Assembly (NCBI GenBank): GCA_900772475.1
Contig: CAAHEI010000085.1
Span: 3,125 to 67,124 of the forward strand
Direction: 5' to 3'
Length of the DNA: 64,000 nucleotides
DNA from: Clostridia bacterium
GTDB lineage: Bacteria > Bacillota > Clostridia > TANB77 > CAG-465
Made by a program: the position numbers and the translations under genes. Below, one piece after another: positions 62,205 through 64,000 of the stretch; within the stretch, counting starts at the first letter, position 1, and every line of letters begins with the position of its first letter. The notes beneath the pieces are model-generated. The model saw only the letters and a list, made by a program, of their open reading frames with translations, was not told where the DNA came from and made no database searches.

Positions 62205-63818
62205 TTAAACTCCTACTAGGTCATAATATTCTCCTTGTTTTTCCATAAGTTCATTGTGGTTTCCTTCTTCTATTATTTTTCCATCTTTCATAAGCAATAT
62301 TTTATCACAATTTTTTATTGTTGATAATCTATGTGCTATAATAAAACTTATCTTTCCTTTTGTTATTTCCTCTATTGCTTTTCTTACCATCATTTCCGAT
62401 TTGTATGAAAGTGATGCTGTTGCTTCATCTAATATAATAATTTCTGGCTCTTCTACCATAACTCTTGTGAAATTCAACAATTGTTTTTCACCTGTTGAGA
62501 AAATATTTGTATCGTTTGAAATTTTAGTTTCATATCCATCTTTTAAGCTCATTATCTTTTCATGCAAATTTAATTTTTTACAAATTCTAATTATTTCATC
62601 TTTTGAAATATCTTTATTTGCATAGTTTATATTTTCTAAAATTGTACCATCAAATATTACAACTTTTTGCATTATATATCCTATTTTATTTCTTAAACTT
62701 CTTATACTGTATTCTCTATAATCTTTTCCATTTATTTTAATTGTTCCTTCATTTAAATCGTAAAATCTACATAGCAAATTTACTAAACTTGTCTTTCCAC
62801 TACCAGTTCTTCCTATTAATGCAATGCTTTGATTTCTTTGTGCTTCAAATGATATATGATTTAATACTTTTTTTTCACTATTATATGAAAAACTAACATT
62901 ATTAAATTCAATTTTTTCTACTTTTTTAAGTTCAATTCCAACATCGATATTTTCTTCTTCATTTTGCAAAATGTTATTTATTTTTTCATACGATATTTTT
63001 CCAACATTTCTATATTGAAATCCTTCTATTACCCATCTAGCATATGTTTCTGGCGAAGATATGTATCTTGCAAGTATTATCATAGCACCATATGTTATAA
63101 TTCCTTGCTCTACACTAATAGAACCTATTAGTATATTGATTACTCCTACAAAAGAAACTATAAAATCATATAAGCAACTATATATTCTAATATTTTTTTC
63201 TAATTTATTGGCAGACTTTTCATATTGTGAAATTAACACTTTTAATTCTTTTAATCTCTCTTCTTCAATTTCTAATGCTTTTATTGTAGAATATCCTTGA
63301 ACTTGTTCATTAGACCAATTTAATATTTTAGCATTTGCTTCTCTTTTTAGCTTTGTATATTGAATTGATTTTTTATTGAAAATATGAGTTACAAAAAATC
63401 CTATTATATATATTAAGAATGTTATTGTAACAATAGGAATATTTAAATAAGCTAGAACCAATAATATTCCAACTAATCTTACTATTCCTGCAAAATATGA
63501 CCTACATATTCCAGTTCCATACCACATAGAAAATTCTTTAGTGTCATTTATAATATTTTCTAATATTTCTCCTACTCTTATTTTGTCTAAATTACTTTGT
63601 TTAGTATTTTGTAATTTTTTATAAATTTTTTCACGATAATCGGCTTGTAATTGTTTTTCAAATCCTACATCATTAAAATCTTCAAAAAATGTTGCAATTG
63701 ACCTCAATATATTAACTCCAAAATAGCTTATACCTAATATTAGTATAAAATTTATATTTTTACTTGGTATTGCATATTCTACCATTATTATTGTATAAGC
63801 TATAAAAACTACAACCAT
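62205..63818 (-). CDS. ABC exporter, fused permease/ATPase (MsbA/MdlB type); the 5' end is apparently frameshifted
   Basis: 537-aa ORF with a six-TM domain, Walker A GRTGSGKTS, the signature FSTGEKQ and Walker B IIILDEAT. A typical N-terminus, MLKEIFKNYKKQAIKLAI, is encoded from the ATG at 63892-63894 in another frame. Confidence 0.85.
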   Translation of the reverse strand: MVVVFIAYTIIMVEYAIPSKNINFILILGISYFGVNILRSIATFFEDFNDVGFEKQLQADYREKIYKKLQNTKQSNLDKIRVGEILENIINDTKEFSMWYGTGICRSYFAGIVRLVGILLVLAYLNIPIVTITFLIYIIGFFVTHIFNKKSIQYTKLKREANAKILNWSNEQVQGYSTIKALEIEEERLKELKVLISQYEKSANKLEKNIRIYSCLYDFIVSFVGVINILIGSISVEQGIITYGAMIILARYISSPETYARWVIEGFQYRNVGKISYEKINNILQNEEENIDVGIELKKVEKIEFNNVSFSYNSEKKVLNHISFEAQRNQSIALIGRTGSGKTSLVNLLCRFYDLNEGTIKINGKDYREYSIRSLRNKIGYIMQKVVIFDGTILENINYANKDISKDEIIRICKKLNLHEKIMSLKDGYETKISNDTNIFSTGEKQLLNFTRVMVEEPEIIILDEATASLSYKSEMMVRKAIEEITKGKISFIIAHRLSTIKNCDKILLMKDGKIIEEGNHNELMEKQGEYYDLVGV

Positions 63819-63897
63819 AACACTAGTAATAAACCAGCCGAATTGCTAATTTAATTGCTTGTTTTTTATAATTTTTAAAAATTTCCTTTAACATTAT

Positions 63898-64000
63898 TTA
63901 TAATTCCTCATCTTCTAATATTTTGTTATTGCTTATTTCTATAATATCTTTGTATAACACATTGTTTTTCATTAATTCTTCATGAGAACCTTCTTCTATA
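63898..64000 (-). CDS. C-terminal end of a second ABC exporter subunit (partial; continues beyond the window end)
   Basis: The frame is open from 64000 to the TAA at 63898-63900 and encodes ...IEEGSHEELMKNNVLYKDIIEISNNKILEDEEL, a typical end for an ABC ATPase. The stop is 3 nt from the next start. Confidence 0.7.
   Translation of the reverse strand, partial: IEEGSHEELMKNNVLYKDIIEISNNKILEDEEL

Noticed and set aside
1-64000. The extreme strand bias (all but one or two genes on the minus strand) as a special feature.
   Set aside because: This is consistent with the ordinary leading-strand gene bias of Firmicute chromosomes and does not by itself indicate an unusual system.

Overview
AT-rich (roughly 25-30% GC by eye) chromosomal segment that looks like a Clostridia-class Firmicute. 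Almost every gene is on the minus strand, with Shine-Dalgarno sites of the GGAGG type. No rRNA, tRNA or CRISPR array was seen.

Order of content:
- 1-9.6 kb: partial tcdA/ThiF-family gene, the copper operon csoR-copA with a recognisable operator, sporulation genes (yunB, a DUF3794/LysM protein), a YdbS/YdbT pair, and topB.
- 9.6-11.6 kb: a GC-richer two-gene islet (HTH/PIN-like protein and a ClpP-like peptidase), each gene behind a near-identical perfect sigma-A promoter.
- 11.6-18.3 kb: housekeeping genes (HtrA, a flavoprotein, a PLP enzyme, a DUF1292 protein, ruvX, ireB).
- 18.4-40.9 kb: the most unusual part. A CpaB-like protein, two ParA/MinD-like proteins, a membrane-anchored CpaF/TadA-like ATPase and a fused TadB/C-like platform are followed by seven small proteins with pilin-like N-termini, one of which carries dockerin modules. 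Next come a Lys-rich bitopic protein, a 1199-aa secreted protein, an LRR/PT-repeat wall protein, a TadZ-like protein and a degenerate GGDEF protein. No prepilin peptidase is present in the window.
- 41.0-51.9 kb: a D-Ala-D-Ala carboxypeptidase gene split by a 9.6-kb integrative element. The element has two tandem large serine recombinases and is bounded by a 12-bp direct repeat. Precise excision would rebuild the SxN motif of the gene.
- 52-64 kb: a histidine phosphatase, split TauE genes, two thioester-domain adhesins, a sortase, hflX, a LOG-family gene, ywbE, and ABC exporters.

Three apparent frameshifts all sit at homopolymer runs, so they may be sequencing artefacts.
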